Origin: Psilocybe cubensis
Lineage: Eukaryota
Length of the DNA stretch: 64,000 bases
Direction of reading: 5' to 3'
Assembly (NCBI GenBank): GCA_017499595.2
Contig: CM039006.1
Location: 2,418,001-2,482,000, forward strand
Part shown: in pieces, positions 12,407 through 26,447 of the stretch
Numbering within the stretch: position 1 is the stretch's first letter
Layout: every line of letters starts with the position of its first letter
Notes under the pieces: model-generated
Databases searched by the model: none
What the model was told of the DNA's origin: nothing
The model's input: only the letters and a program-made list of their open reading frames with translations
Made by a program: the position numbers and the translations under genes

Positions 12407-13203
12407 ATGTTTTTCACCACAAATAGTTCACCGGCACTTCCATTAGAGGTAGTTGACGGCATAATTAACATTGCTCTTGATTCCAAAGGCAAGAGAGCCT
12501 TGCAGAGCCCAACGGTCTCACATATCGTTTTCACATCACACCGATGCCGCATCCACACAAACAGACGTCGTTTCTCTAAGCTCGGGCGTCCTTTCCAGAT
12601 GTCAAAACGCTCATGGGGATGGATCAAAATACTCAGTGATGTTGTTCGGAGCTACAAGGCTTCGGTACCGACGACAATGGTCAGTATTTTTTATTATTAT
12701 TTTGTGTTATAGCCTCTGAGGGGGGGATCCCTCCCTTGGCTTAATTCTATCTAGGTACCTACTGCGCCCCTGTGGCGTGCTGTGCTTTCATTGGCCCACC
12801 TCTGCCCTATGAGGGGCTCTCACGTCCCCCCACGTAGTCCAGCCTTCCTAAGCTGTTTGAGGTACCGCCTCCGGCTCGATAGGTTATTTCCCTCCCTCCT
12901 ATCTTGTGCAGTGTGATGGTCAGTATACTCGAGTTCACAACCACGTTCCATCTGCACCTCACATCTGTGCTCAGCGTCATCGAAGCAATGTTCGACTCGG
13001 AGGACTGCGCGTTTCTCTTGTACAACCTATTTCGCTTAGACCATCTGTCCGAGTCATCACCATCCTATTGCATAGGACCGACCTTCGTACAAAATGGTGA
13101 CCCTTCTTTACTTGTCCCCATTTATACCAATTTCAAACACATTCCATTTCCCATTAGGTGGCCAATTTTAGGCTTTGACTCAAGGGGTGTCAGAATATCC
13201 TGA
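12407..13203 (+). pseudogene. Degenerate F-box gene interrupted by a retroposon fragment
   Basis: PALPLEVVDGIINIA is an F-box start. The reading frame resumes at the duplicated MVSI after the insertion. Confidence 0.6.
12688..12915 (-). mobile_element. 5'-truncated non-LTR retroposon (LINE/SINE 3' end)
   Basis: 11-bp direct repeat ATGGTCAGTAT at 12677-12687 and 12916-12926. Minus strand ends in the A-rich tail AAAATAATAATAAAAA, with a GC-rich stem-loop at about 12718-12737. Confidence 0.8.
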
Positions 13204-14222
13204 TAAATTGTAGTTCTAATGTAACGGTTAGCTATGAACGAGGTGGAATCGAGGTGAACTACGTTGGCGAGTGGCGGGACCCTATTTATTGTTTGAAGGC
13301 CGACTGTCCTGAGGCTGTGACGGGGCGTGAGAAGCGGAGAGTCCCGGCGCAAGGGAAACCTCAAAAACTGAATAAAGGTGTCTATTCGAGATCTAATATC
13401 CATCCTTCTACCTACTGTCCAGCTTTGTATAGCATGTTTTGTATAGATTACTTTAGTAAATAATTTATAAACAAAAATGAGAAGAATATCAAAAATGTGA
13501 AAAGCAAAAAAAAGTATGTATCTTTGGCGTATTCATGCCGATATCGGCATTTTTGATTAAAATGTCGCTCTAAAGTACGTTCATTCAAGTCGTGTCGCTG
13601 GAAATCTTTGAGCGCTAATCCATATGCTTGCTATTCCTGACCGAAGGAAGGTTTTCTAACCTCCGCTCCAGCTCTGTGTGGCTCTATTAGATTAAAGTCT
13701 ATATGTTGTGGTCAGAGTATGTTGACGCCATCGGCTGAAAACCTTCAGACAACGTGAATGTACCGGGTCTTCATACCCCGCAGGACGAAGAACTTCCGAT
13801 TCCCGTAACTATTGAAATTAATAACCTATCCACTTCCGCACATTACCCCACCGGACCTCTCACAGGCGCTTTTCGGAGCCAGCGGGGTAGCGTTCGCCGT
13901 GTCTTGAGTTCTGTCTCTCTGAGTCACGCTCGTAGGGATGAAACAGGGTATCTTCTATATCTTCTAGCTTAAGAATAAAGTTAAACTGATTTGTATTGCC
14001 AAGAAAGAGTCACGGAAGTATATACCATGATATCCGAGTCGATCAATGGTGTTTCCCAGGTTCTCCGTGTTGTAAACGTCCATGTGATGGGGTTTTGCGC
14101 TGTCCTGTCCCAGTCAGTATAAGCATGTATGGATTGTTAATTTAAATGAATTTTCCCTACGTACACACATCCATATGACAATTTTTGAATAATTTGTCAA
14201 TAGAGAGCCTCAAGTTTGGGTC

Positions 14223-14243
14223 CGGGTTATTTTTCTCGCCGTC
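14223..14243. promoter_or_regulatory. CGG-N13-CCG site (distal), upstream of STS2
   Basis: CGGGTTATTTTTCTCGCCGTC is the reverse complement of 7076-7096. Confidence 0.5.
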
Positions 14244-14851
14244 GAAGTGTTTCTTTCATTCACGTGACTTAGGCGCCGGCAGGACGCGAAGGCCAGTGTA
14301 AGCCATACCTGACGCTGATTTTGTGTTATCGATGTTGATGTTACTGCTGTGGTCGTACAGAAAGTCATTTCTTAATTGTTTTTTTTTATTTGCCTAATTG
14401 GTTTTGGTGCTACTGGTGTGCTCGGACAGACTACAAAATTACACGATTAAGAAACGAATACATCAGCAGAAAAAGAAAAAACTCAGTAGTGCTATAGTTG
14501 TATAATAGACTGGGTAGTCTTGTTGACTGCCCCCCTATTTTATTGCTCCCGTAGCTTCCCACCTAAAGTCAGTAGATCCTGTAGATTTCTTAGTCATATA
14601 TGTAGCTTTTGTAGTTGTCTATAATTCTAACAAATAGTATAATAATAATCTATAGGTACTACTGGTACTACATTGCTAATGCACAATTTGATATTGAGTA
14701 AAAATCATCAATAGGGCATCCTACTCCCTCCAACTAGTTGACTATGAATAGTAAGCATCCACCAAGTCCAACAATACACTATACCTCTACTTACCTCTTT
14801 TTAACCCATCCACTATTAGAATTAGTTAATTAGATAACAACAGAAAAGATA

Positions 14852-14923
14852 TGGTTAGGACTGGAATTGAACCAGTGACTCCTGAACATATATGCCAATA
14901 CTTTACCACTGAGCTACATGACC
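14852..14923 (-). pseudogene. Pseudo-tRNA (decayed tRNA-like unit)
   Basis: GGTCATG TA GCTCAGTGGTAAAGT...ACTGG TTCAATT CCAGT CCTAACCA. A box, B box and perfect T stem present; anticodon arm degenerate. Confidence 0.8.
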
Positions 14924-15107
14924 TATAAATAAATAGAGAATTTTATGTTAATATCCACTATTGTATCTATTGTTTTGACTCTGTATTGTGCTCTTTAACA
15001 TTGACATTAGTATTGTGGTCATTCCACCCTTTCTATTCCATCCAATCTCATACCATAAAACCCACAACCCAATCCACATTTACACTATAGTCTATATTAT
15101 TTTGTAA

Positions 15108-15180
15108 AGTCTTGTGGTCTATTGGTTTAAGCACTATCTATTTTTGGCTAAGGTTGATGGTTCAATCCTCAACCAGGCCA
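15108..15180 (+). pseudogene. Pseudo-tRNA (second, divergent orientation)
   Basis: AGTCTTG TGGTCTATTGGTTTAAGCA...GTTGATGGTTCAATCCTCAACCAGGCCA. A/B boxes and a partial acceptor stem are recognisable. Confidence 0.7.
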
Positions 15181-15860
15181 TTTATTTCGCATACAGACTA
15201 TTAAGTCTACAGGCATATTGTAAGTATTGCCATATGTTGCATGGGCCTTGGTTATATATTCTCTGTATATATTAAACCTATGTAATGAAAACATATTGCA
15301 TAATGATATTATATAAGGCTACTAAGTGCGAAAAAGGCTACTGGGAAGTGGCCATTATTATAGTATCTACTGTAAATTAAGCCTATGCTACTGAAAAAAA
15401 CCTTTCCTGCAGATGTAGGCTAAAATTTGACTCCCCTTCACGTCAAAAGGAATACAATTCTGAATGTGGGCCAGTTTCAAGGGATCGTTCCCTTGGATGA
15501 GCATGCGAACACTCATCCTGCTTTTCCCCTCTCCAGGACATGCATCCCGGAGTCAGAGAAAATGCGAGAGTACCGGGTGAGAGGATAAGGCTGCCGCTTT
15601 ACTGCACTACTTCATCTGTTATTTTGTTCATAATTCAGAAAGACTTCTTTCCTCAAATAATTCTTCTACAATATCGGGTTTAGTGCTACACTGCTGTGTC
15701 CGAACACAGCACGGTTACAGACAATCAATGTGATCAAGACAAAACTTTGTCTTTTTAGCTAATCACGATCCTGCTGAATATACTCCGCTTCGTGCTCGAG
15801 CGGAGGGCTACCGAGCAAGCCCTGTCATACATTCTTTTAGCTTATACACCTACCAATGTA

Positions 15861-15881
15861 TCGGTATTGTTTCTAGACCGA
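15861..15881. promoter_or_regulatory. CGG-N13-CCG site (proximal), STS2 promoter
   Basis: TCGGTATTGTTTCTAGACCGA, about 75 bp upstream of a TATAAAAGGAGT box that is also shared with STS1. Confidence 0.55.
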
Positions 15882-16045
15882 GTAAGTCGACATTGAACAG
15901 ACTTTTTATTTTGGATGTAGGTAAGTAACACATGTCATTATAGACCAAAAAAATTATAAAAGGAGTGATAATCTACGCGTCTTATCTTCAGACAGAAGCT
16001 TTTAACTTTTGAGTTCTTTCCACTACAATTATCCTACTCCTTCCA

Positions 16046-17449
16046 ATGTCGACAGTCAACGTTCCCTATACCACCACGCAAGCCGGATCGGCAACTTCCA
16101 TTACCGGGGATCTTCCTAAATATCCGAGTCAGACCACGCATCCTCTCACCTATATTCTTCCCGATCCTTTGCGCAACTGGCCATACGAGCGCATAATCAA
16201 CCCTCATTTTGAAAGAGTTAAAGCCGAGTCTGCCGCATGGACGAAGAGCTTTGAACAATTTTCCCCCTCTGTGCAAGCTGCTTTTGATGAGGGAGTGTTC
16301 AGTAATTCATATACTTCTAAATCATTGTTGCCAAGACTCATTGGTCCCTGTCATTTTTATCCAGGTTTGGCTGCAGCTTTAGGATTTCCCACTGCCTCAC
16401 CTTGTAAATTACACTTCTTCTGATATCGGAAAGAATATGTAAAACTGAACAGAAATGTTTTATTAGGCATTCTCCGAGACGGTTGCGATTTGATGCAAAT
16501 TTATTTTATCCTGGACGATAACACTGATGCTGTAAATGCTGAAGTGGCGAGGCTACACTGCAACGCCGTCATGGAGGCCGTTATTAACCCTGAAACGCCT
16601 CGTCCAGAGGGTGAGCCAATCATCGGCGAAATTACTCGACAGTATGTCCCTTTCGCAATACTCTCGCTCAGTGAACCTATTGATTCATGGTAGAATTTCA
16701 GGTTCTGGAAGCGGGCATCTGCAAATTCTCCCAAAGCAGCCAAGGAGCGATTTATTAAGACTTGGATCGCCTATGTCGAATCCATATATTTGCAAGCAAA
16801 TCGACGGGATAAATCATATATATGTACTATCGATGAGTATATAGCTACCAGACGCGATAACATCGGAACGTATCCCACTTTCTTCTTTACTGAAATGTCC
16901 CTCGGCGTCGACATTCCCCATCACATCATGGAGCACCCTATCATTGTTCGCATGGCCAGGGACATCATTGACTTGACTACACTTGGGAATGTAATCACAG
17001 GTTTAATTTCTTGATATATGGCTAGCCGTTGCTTATTTACATCTGTAGGACATGTATTCCTACAAAAAGGAGGTTTTGGCAGGCGATACTGGTTACAATG
17101 CTGTCACCGTAGTGATGCACAACCTTCGCCTCAGCGTCGATGAAGCCATTCAGTGGATATCCAACCTTCAAGACGACTTGGTGGCCGATTTTCTTACGCT
17201 TCGGGAAGACGTTGTGAACAAAAGAAGCTTCTCTACCTATGGAGCTGAGATGGACCGTCAAATTGAATCATATATTGATGGACTTGGTCTGTATCTATTT
17301 TGTTTACTTACTATCAAATCATGACTGACCTTTTGAGAATAGGTCAGTGGATGCGCGGAGTTACAGACTGGCATTTTGAATGTGGGAGGTACTTTGGCAC
17401 CGCCGAAGGGACTGAGATACAGAGAACTCGCAAAGTTGTCATTTCCTAA
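16046..17449 (+). CDS. Sesquiterpene synthase 2 (paralog of 5388-6768)
   Basis: Same 5 intron positions as STS1. FILDDNTD, GN|DMYSYKKE, WHFECGRYFG, C-terminus EIQRTRKVVIS*. Confidence 0.93.
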
Positions 17450-17582
17450 GGTGAATATTTTCAAAAAATTTCGCCTTTGTACTTTTCAAATACAAAAACT
17501 TTGTGTATTTACTAGCCTGTATATAGTGTATTTCCTGAATTAACTGCTAGGGGAGTGGTTGTACAAAAGTCCGTCTAATTCC

Positions 17583-19885
<2,303 letters not shown>

Positions 19886-20254
19886 GATTGGTTACAATGA
19901 AAATAAGATGAGCGATTCTGAGTTCCATTAACCTCCATACCGCCCTCTCTTATAGTCTTGTCTTTCTAAATACCCGGTGGCTCTGACTATACAGCCAACG
20001 AGCGTAAATTCTAAAATTCCACGGCTGGACAACTTCGCATTGATTCACCCCTAATTTGGTGAGAAACATTAGTACATGTATAATTTTCGAGCTTTGTAAA
20101 GTTTTAGCATCCATAAGTAAGCAAGTTATTCTGTGTCCGCTAGTTAGGCTGTTACGCGGAGCAATACGTGAATATAGGTCTACGTAATACATGCCTTTGT
20201 CACGACACGGATTTTTCTAATTCTATTTTTAGAACCCGGCGCTTACTATCATAA

Positions 20255-20273
20255 CGGAACGACAGAGAACCCG
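20255..20273. promoter_or_regulatory. CGG-N13-CCG site upstream of GMC1
   Basis: CGGAACGACAGAGAACCCG, about 370 bp upstream of the ATG. Shares ACGG...AACCCG with the STS distal site. Confidence 0.45.
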
Positions 20274-21118
20274 TGCGTCACGGAAATGGTAGAAAATAAT
20301 CACATAGATCATTCATGTTTTAGTGGGTGTAGTATTGACATATGTTGAAGGACAACAACTAGTATTCACGACGACGGAAATGCTAAGGCACAAGAGGGAT
20401 CGGCACCAAAGTTTCGTGGATATCTTGCCTTCCGCTAAACAAGGAGCGCCATGGTGATGTCGAATTTAAGCTTAAGACGCATTGCAGCATACTCCATGTG
20501 CATGGTCTCAGCCGAAGAACTATACTTGGCGTTTCAATGGAGGAAAAATAGCCAGTGAACATGTTTCATTTCAAAGTTATCAACTTCGGGTTCATCAATC
20601 ATGATTGCAATGATAAAAATTATGTATTAGACGCCCTAGACGATACCTAGACCCATTTCCAATTAACTGACAATTTGGCCAGGGTCCATATTTAATTCCT
20701 TATGGGAAATTTACCGTCCTGATTGATTTAGGCTTACAATGGCTACATATCCGGATAATAGGCCAGTATATTTATAAACAACCTCCAATGATGGGTTTGG
20801 AAACCGCATTGTGATTGGAACATTCTTCACAGCCGATTGACTAAATTTGATCTATCGAGCTAAAATCAGACCAGTGACACTATCAGAAAATCATCCTTTA
20901 CACCCGTAGGCTGTGCCCATGTCATGGTATTGCATAAGACGTCATTTATATTTACTACTTAAGCTACTAGCATGGTATTGGTGCCTGACGTCTATCTGCG
21001 TTGCATGATATCAGCTGCTCAACAATCAACTTGTTTCTGTACATGAAAACTAAGTACTAGGAGGCGAATCAAGTGACTACTGGAAAGTAATGCCACGTTT
21101 ACAAGGGAGTTAAGAACT

Positions 21119-22364
21119 CTACAATCTCCTATGACGCTCTTCGTTACGAACGTTCACTCGTGTTCCGTTATACCTTGCTAGGTGCTGATTGAATGGCCAA
21201 TTTAGAGAACGATAGTATCGTTAACAATTATGTACATACCTTGGTTAATTCTGTGGAGGGCGGCAGACCCGGGAAAGTCTTTGAAGGATACATGCGAAAT
21301 ATTCCACCATAACACTCGGACATTACAGAACGGGTAGTTGTATCACCAACATACTCCTGAGAGTATATGTCAAAGACTCGATACCGAAGAATGAAGTAGC
21401 CTTCGAGCTTGACTGATAAGTCCTATGATCGAAGGTAGTTAGTAGAAATCAAGGAATTCGTAGCGATAGAAATAGAACGAACATTGAACACAAACAGTAG
21501 TGAATCACGGCCGCCATATTCTGCCAAAATAGGTTGGACAAATGTATTTCCAGCAAGTGCTTGAGTTTGTTTCGATCTCTCTGTGATGGGGTATCCATTT
21601 ATATAGTGAAGTACCTCGTCGGCGTGGCTGGGAACCCCGGGATCTGCACGGTAATCTGAGCCATGATGCAGCCCGTACATGATGCGTGAGTCGTTTGAAC
21701 TTGACTGCATGAGGCTAGGTGAATCAAATCCAAAAGTGCCCTCCGAGAGAGTTGGGTTCTCCAAGGTGTGATTAATCGACGACTCTCCTGGCCGTGGAAC
21801 CGGGAAAAGATCCACAGTGCAAATGAGTCCGATTGTCAATGGAGTACTGTATTAAAAGTCAGAATGGTAGTAAGTAAAGAATGATACTAATCACAAAGTT
21901 CAGAGATAATCTAGGGACTCAACTCGTATTCTAATTCCCTTTCCTGTTGTCTGTTGGTTCCCGCATTGCGCACCTCAAATATTCTAAGAAGGACTACAGG
22001 AGGCGGGTCAATTGGTCTGCGATCAATCTTGCCGTATCTTAAGAACTGTTGTCAATGGAATTGTATAGTGAAGCTTAGTGATACTGCACCTTCTACCCAG
22101 TTCCGCTTGCTGAATTTCCTGTATCTCCATGCGCACTGTACGTCCTGCTAAAGGCCCGGAAGACAGATACATAGGTCGTCCAATAGGAGACGCTTCTCTG
22201 TTCGGTGGGGCGGAAGACAAATTCTGGCTTGGTATCCCGGTGCGTAACATGTCATCTTCAGCACTGAAAGTATGATTTATTGACTGAGGTGCCCAAATAT
22301 CCTGCTGATGTGTTCCATACGATATGCCTGAGCTGTTGAGGGGATGATTTTGCTGAGAAGTCAT
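21119..22364 (-). CDS. Velvet-domain protein
   Basis: EIQQAELGRR..IDRRPIDPPPVVLLRIF, LAGNTFVQP, FVFNDLSVKLEGYFILRYRVFDI, CYGGIFRMYPSKTFPGLPPSTELTK. Confidence 0.9.
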
Positions 22365-25122
22365 GTTTAAGCGTGGCGTATGATTGGAAAATGCTTTCCA
22401 GAGGAGTGAAGCTGGGATGTGAGTATAGAGTCACCCATTCTACAGTACTTTATATACTTTCATGTCATTTTTGTTTTCGCCAGAGAGCTTGTATTTGGAA
22501 ACGATAATCCACATCGCATCCAGATCTCCGATTTCGTGTAAAACAAGGAAGATAATTAGACGCCTCACATCGGTCTCAGAAGCGGCATCATAATGTTGGA
22601 GAGAGTACTGCACTCTAAACTCCGGTATGATACATTTTCCACTAATATCATCTACCAGATTAGTATACGAGATCTTGGATAGATACGTTACGTGAATTTG
22701 ACCTCTTCGAAGTGTTTTTAGCCTCACCGAGAACTTTTTAAGCTCGGAAAGGATGTCCTGACTATAGAATGATGGTTAAAGTGAAATATCAAAGAACTTA
22801 AAGGCTCACCTTCGAATAAAGCTAGTAGAAAGAAGTATCTGAAGTGTACAGGTACAATAGGTTCAGGAGCATGCGTCAAAGAACTAAAACTTCATTACCA
22901 AGCTTCGTTCGCTGGGTTGTTGCTAAATCCTTCATCATTACTGTAAGAAGGTATACTATACGATAATCCCTGAGCCTACATAAGTTTACCAAATAAGCCA
23001 AATACTCACCTCAGATCCACAAAGTTCTGCGTGTAGTTGGACCGAGGTTTATTAATAGTTCACATTAACGGGGACCACATTTTCGGATTTGGTGTTGACG
23101 TAAACAAGGCGATGTGGAGGTCATTCAACACCAAATGCTGTGACTGCCAATATTACAGCGAGGATCCGAACGGAGCAACGTCATTGGGAACGCAACTCTT
23201 AAGATGCATTCATAGTGTCAAAATATTTCTTGACCTTAATGAACTTCCCATTGCACATGATAATTTGGACCATAACAATGATCCGTCTCGAACTTCTGCA
23301 ATCGCCGCTGTGTCGGCCACCTACATTAAGCCACAGGTAAAATTATCGAGACTAAGGCACTATAGAAACAACCAGTGTCCATAATTTTTGGATTTTGGAG
23401 TTAGAAATTTTGCCATATTATTTGTTAGATCCCCGGTTAATTCAAACATCTCAGTTCGCAATCTTAGACGGTGACATCTCTGTCAAGGTGCAGTGTCACC
23501 AGTACATTCCACCTGCTCTGGTCTACTCGGCAATAGCTAATGAAGAGGCTTCGTCTTTCATTTGATACAGCTGTACGCTTATAGCTTCTTAGTGATTGTG
23601 AAGCGCTCAAGGGAAATTGGATACTGCATAGCCTTTTCAAGGCGCTTGAGATGGCATTTGATGCCTTACATCATTTATACACAATATCATGATGAGTGGA
23701 GTAAAAGACTACTAACCGCCACATCAGAATCAATTGCTACCGTGTGCCTGATCCAAGTTTCCTCATCTGGTTCCTGTATTTCCCACCCAATGCCTCAATG
23801 ATGTCCCCGTTATCTCTGGCTTGAGACATAACCAATATGCACAAAACCTTCAAGCGTAGAATAGTTGCGAGGCATTGAAATGCACCACTCACCCGGTTCC
23901 CCACCTATAATATCACCTTCCTTCTCATCCACGCCGACCAGGCCCATAGTGCTTCCACGAGCTTATGAATATGTGTTGACCCCAGGCCTAGTTCTTTGTT
24001 CCTATCCATATCTATTGCTTTCGGCTCAGAGAACGGTCGATGTCAGTCAACGTCTAGCCAGACACAAACCGCCGGTAGTATACAAACTCCTGTTCGTAGA
24101 CACATGGTTCTGTCCACATACTCCATGAAAACCAGCATATACATATCTTTAAACCTCTCCGACCTGACCATTTTCAACTCCGACTAGGAGGCCATTTCTC
24201 CGGTAACTATTTATATCTCACGGACAATTATGCGCCGGACCCATAGTTGGGACCTACTACACGCTATGCACTGATATTTAAAAGCCTTTATGTATGCATG
24301 AACCCTTGAATCTTCTTTCTTCTTTTACGCTAACAGGTCATATAGAAGATACATTTATCTTAATTAGCTGTGGAATATGGAGGAATATAGACCTCGATAA
24401 TGGAATACACGAGATTGGAGCTGGAAGGTCTGTTAGAACGCCCAATCTACTGAACGTAGAGCTTTGCGGATTTATTCGAGTCTAGATGCAACTTGCTCTA
24501 ATCATCAAAGGCTTGTAAAAGAATGTCTAGCTCTGCGCTTTCAGCGCTTTCATCAGAAAGAATCCGAACTCTCGTTCTAGTGGATAGTTCGTGTTCATTA
24601 GCACTTTCGCAGGAGATGGAATCTACCTCAGTTTTTTTGACTCAGAAACTCACACCTATGATTATTATACCTTAGAGAGTCCTACAAATGAAGTGCATCT
24701 AGTAGTATAGAGCAATTAAAAATAGCCTGAAGGTTCTTTAATTCGCGTGCCGCTATGTGTAGCCTTCCTAACCCTGCGGTTGCAGAATCTTACAGGTGGG
24801 GAACATTTTCTGAACATATGACATTCTTCTAGCTTACTACCTTGATTCTCCGCAGCCGAATAATGCGCTACGCCTGTGCGGACGATGTTGGTGCCAGTAA
24901 GCCATAAATTTAACGCGATATGCATCACATGAGTTATTGACAGTAAATGGAGCAAAATGATACAATGGGTAGGGTTTCAGTATCCCTTAGCTGTTCCTTT
25001 TCCACTTCCTCGATAGGGTCAACACTCGGATTCATGTAAGGTCGATGACACTATGTACACCGTACGTAGGTTTCGTTCACACGAAGGCGGACTAAAGTCA
25101 ATGACAACTGTGGCCGACTACA

Positions 25123-26447
25123 TCACGACACAACCTGTGCGATCGCAACGTTGAGCTTGACAGCAGCATTGACCTTGTAGTCGGCATGAAACTGTAGTTT
25201 CGTTTCAGGACGAAAGATCAAACAGTGAGTGGACCCTCCATAGCGAAACATTCCCAACTCATCGCCCTTCTTCACCTCCTGCCCTTGCTTAACAGTGACT
25301 TCACATGTTGATACCTCACCCATTCCGACGGCGACAAAGCACATCAACCCAATAGATGGATTGGATGCTTCAATAAATATCAAAGCCCGCGTGGCAAGCG
25401 ACGTGATGAATGCCTGGTTGAGATTTGGATCATTTGGATCCGGGCCTTTCCCGTCAATGAAACCCATAATGGGTGACTTTGCATAGTACGTTCCCGGTAT
25501 ATTGACCGTCTTTACCACTTGCCCACTTACAGGAGCTGCCCATCGGTGATAATTAAGAGCGTGGAGGAAAGCCTGACATATGGTCCCGCCAACGAAGTGC
25601 TTGGCCAATGGATCATTATCCAGCATGTGGGATAATGAATACGGTTCGCCTTTGAGCCAAAAAGCATCCCGCTTCTTGATGTTGTAAGCGATCTTGTAGA
25701 CGGTCGATTCGCAGGCACTAGTGATGACAGAATCATCCTCGGTTGAAGCTACTGGGCGGATACCTGGCCGGAAGACACGGGTAAAAAAATCGTCCCACGA
25801 GGTAAAGCCGTAGTAAGGCGCTGATGGTTTGCAAACAAACGTCTCTGCAAAATTGGGCATGGCCTGCATAGCAGCAGGTCCAAACCATCCATTCGAAGTG
25901 TCGGTTAAAACCGAACATGATTCTGGTGAAACAAGGAACGCAGCCCAAACTTTGAACATTTTTTGGAACATTGCGTTGACTTTGGTGTTCGTAAAAGCTC
26001 GATAGCCGGCAGGCGTTGCCATAGGCCAATCCAAAATAGTATTGATAGGGAAACCGACGAAATCGTTCGACTCAAACACAGGAGCTTTACGAATTATCTC
26101 GTTAAAGAGGCGCAGCATAGTGACGTAGTCACGGATCTAACAGAGTGTAAATTAGTACTTTTTTCAATGACAGAGATAATTCTTACCTGAGGTTTTCCTG
26201 TCGGGTCTTTGTCGTATGGAGGCTGGAGCCAGACCTGCTCAAACATTTGATTGAAGCTCATGTATATATCGGCGTCATTTTCAATCAACTCTTGAAATTC
26301 TCGGATGACGGGGTGCAGCTGTTCGAGACCATTAAAAGGTTCTGGAAGCGATTGGCCGACAGTGATGAGTGAGGGAGAGCAGGTATGGGTTGGGGCCTGT
26401 TTGATGTCTTCGTCCGAATCACAGGAGGCAGCAACGTACGGTGACAT
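25123..26447 (-). CDS. PsiD-like / phosphatidylserine-decarboxylase-family pyruvoyl decarboxylase
   Basis: LHPVIREFQELIE, GFPINTILDWPMAT, WDDFFTR, WLKGEPYSL, YHRW, GMGEVS, self-cleavage motif GGST. One intron at about 26138-26187; start codon uncertain. Confidence 0.88.

Larger units (their letters stand above)
14461..15415. mobile_element. Non-autonomous DNA transposon-like element, TA-flanked, AT-rich and CpG-depleted
   Basis: ta|CATCAGCAGAAAAAG...CAGTAG at the left end and CTACTG...CCTTTCCTGCAGATG|ta at the right end (imperfect TIRs). About 3 CpG in 955 bp by eye; no ORF. Confidence 0.7.

Noticed and set aside
14852-15180. Functional tRNA genes
   Set aside because: Anticodon arms and acceptor stems are broken, and both lie inside a decayed repeat.
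22440-24960. Short ORFs between the velvet gene and the decarboxylase
   Set aside because: No motifs recognised; probably decayed sequence.
25123-26447. Psilocybin cluster / true psiD
   Set aside because: Sequence fits the broader PSD-like family, and no psiK, psiM or psiH equivalents are in the window.
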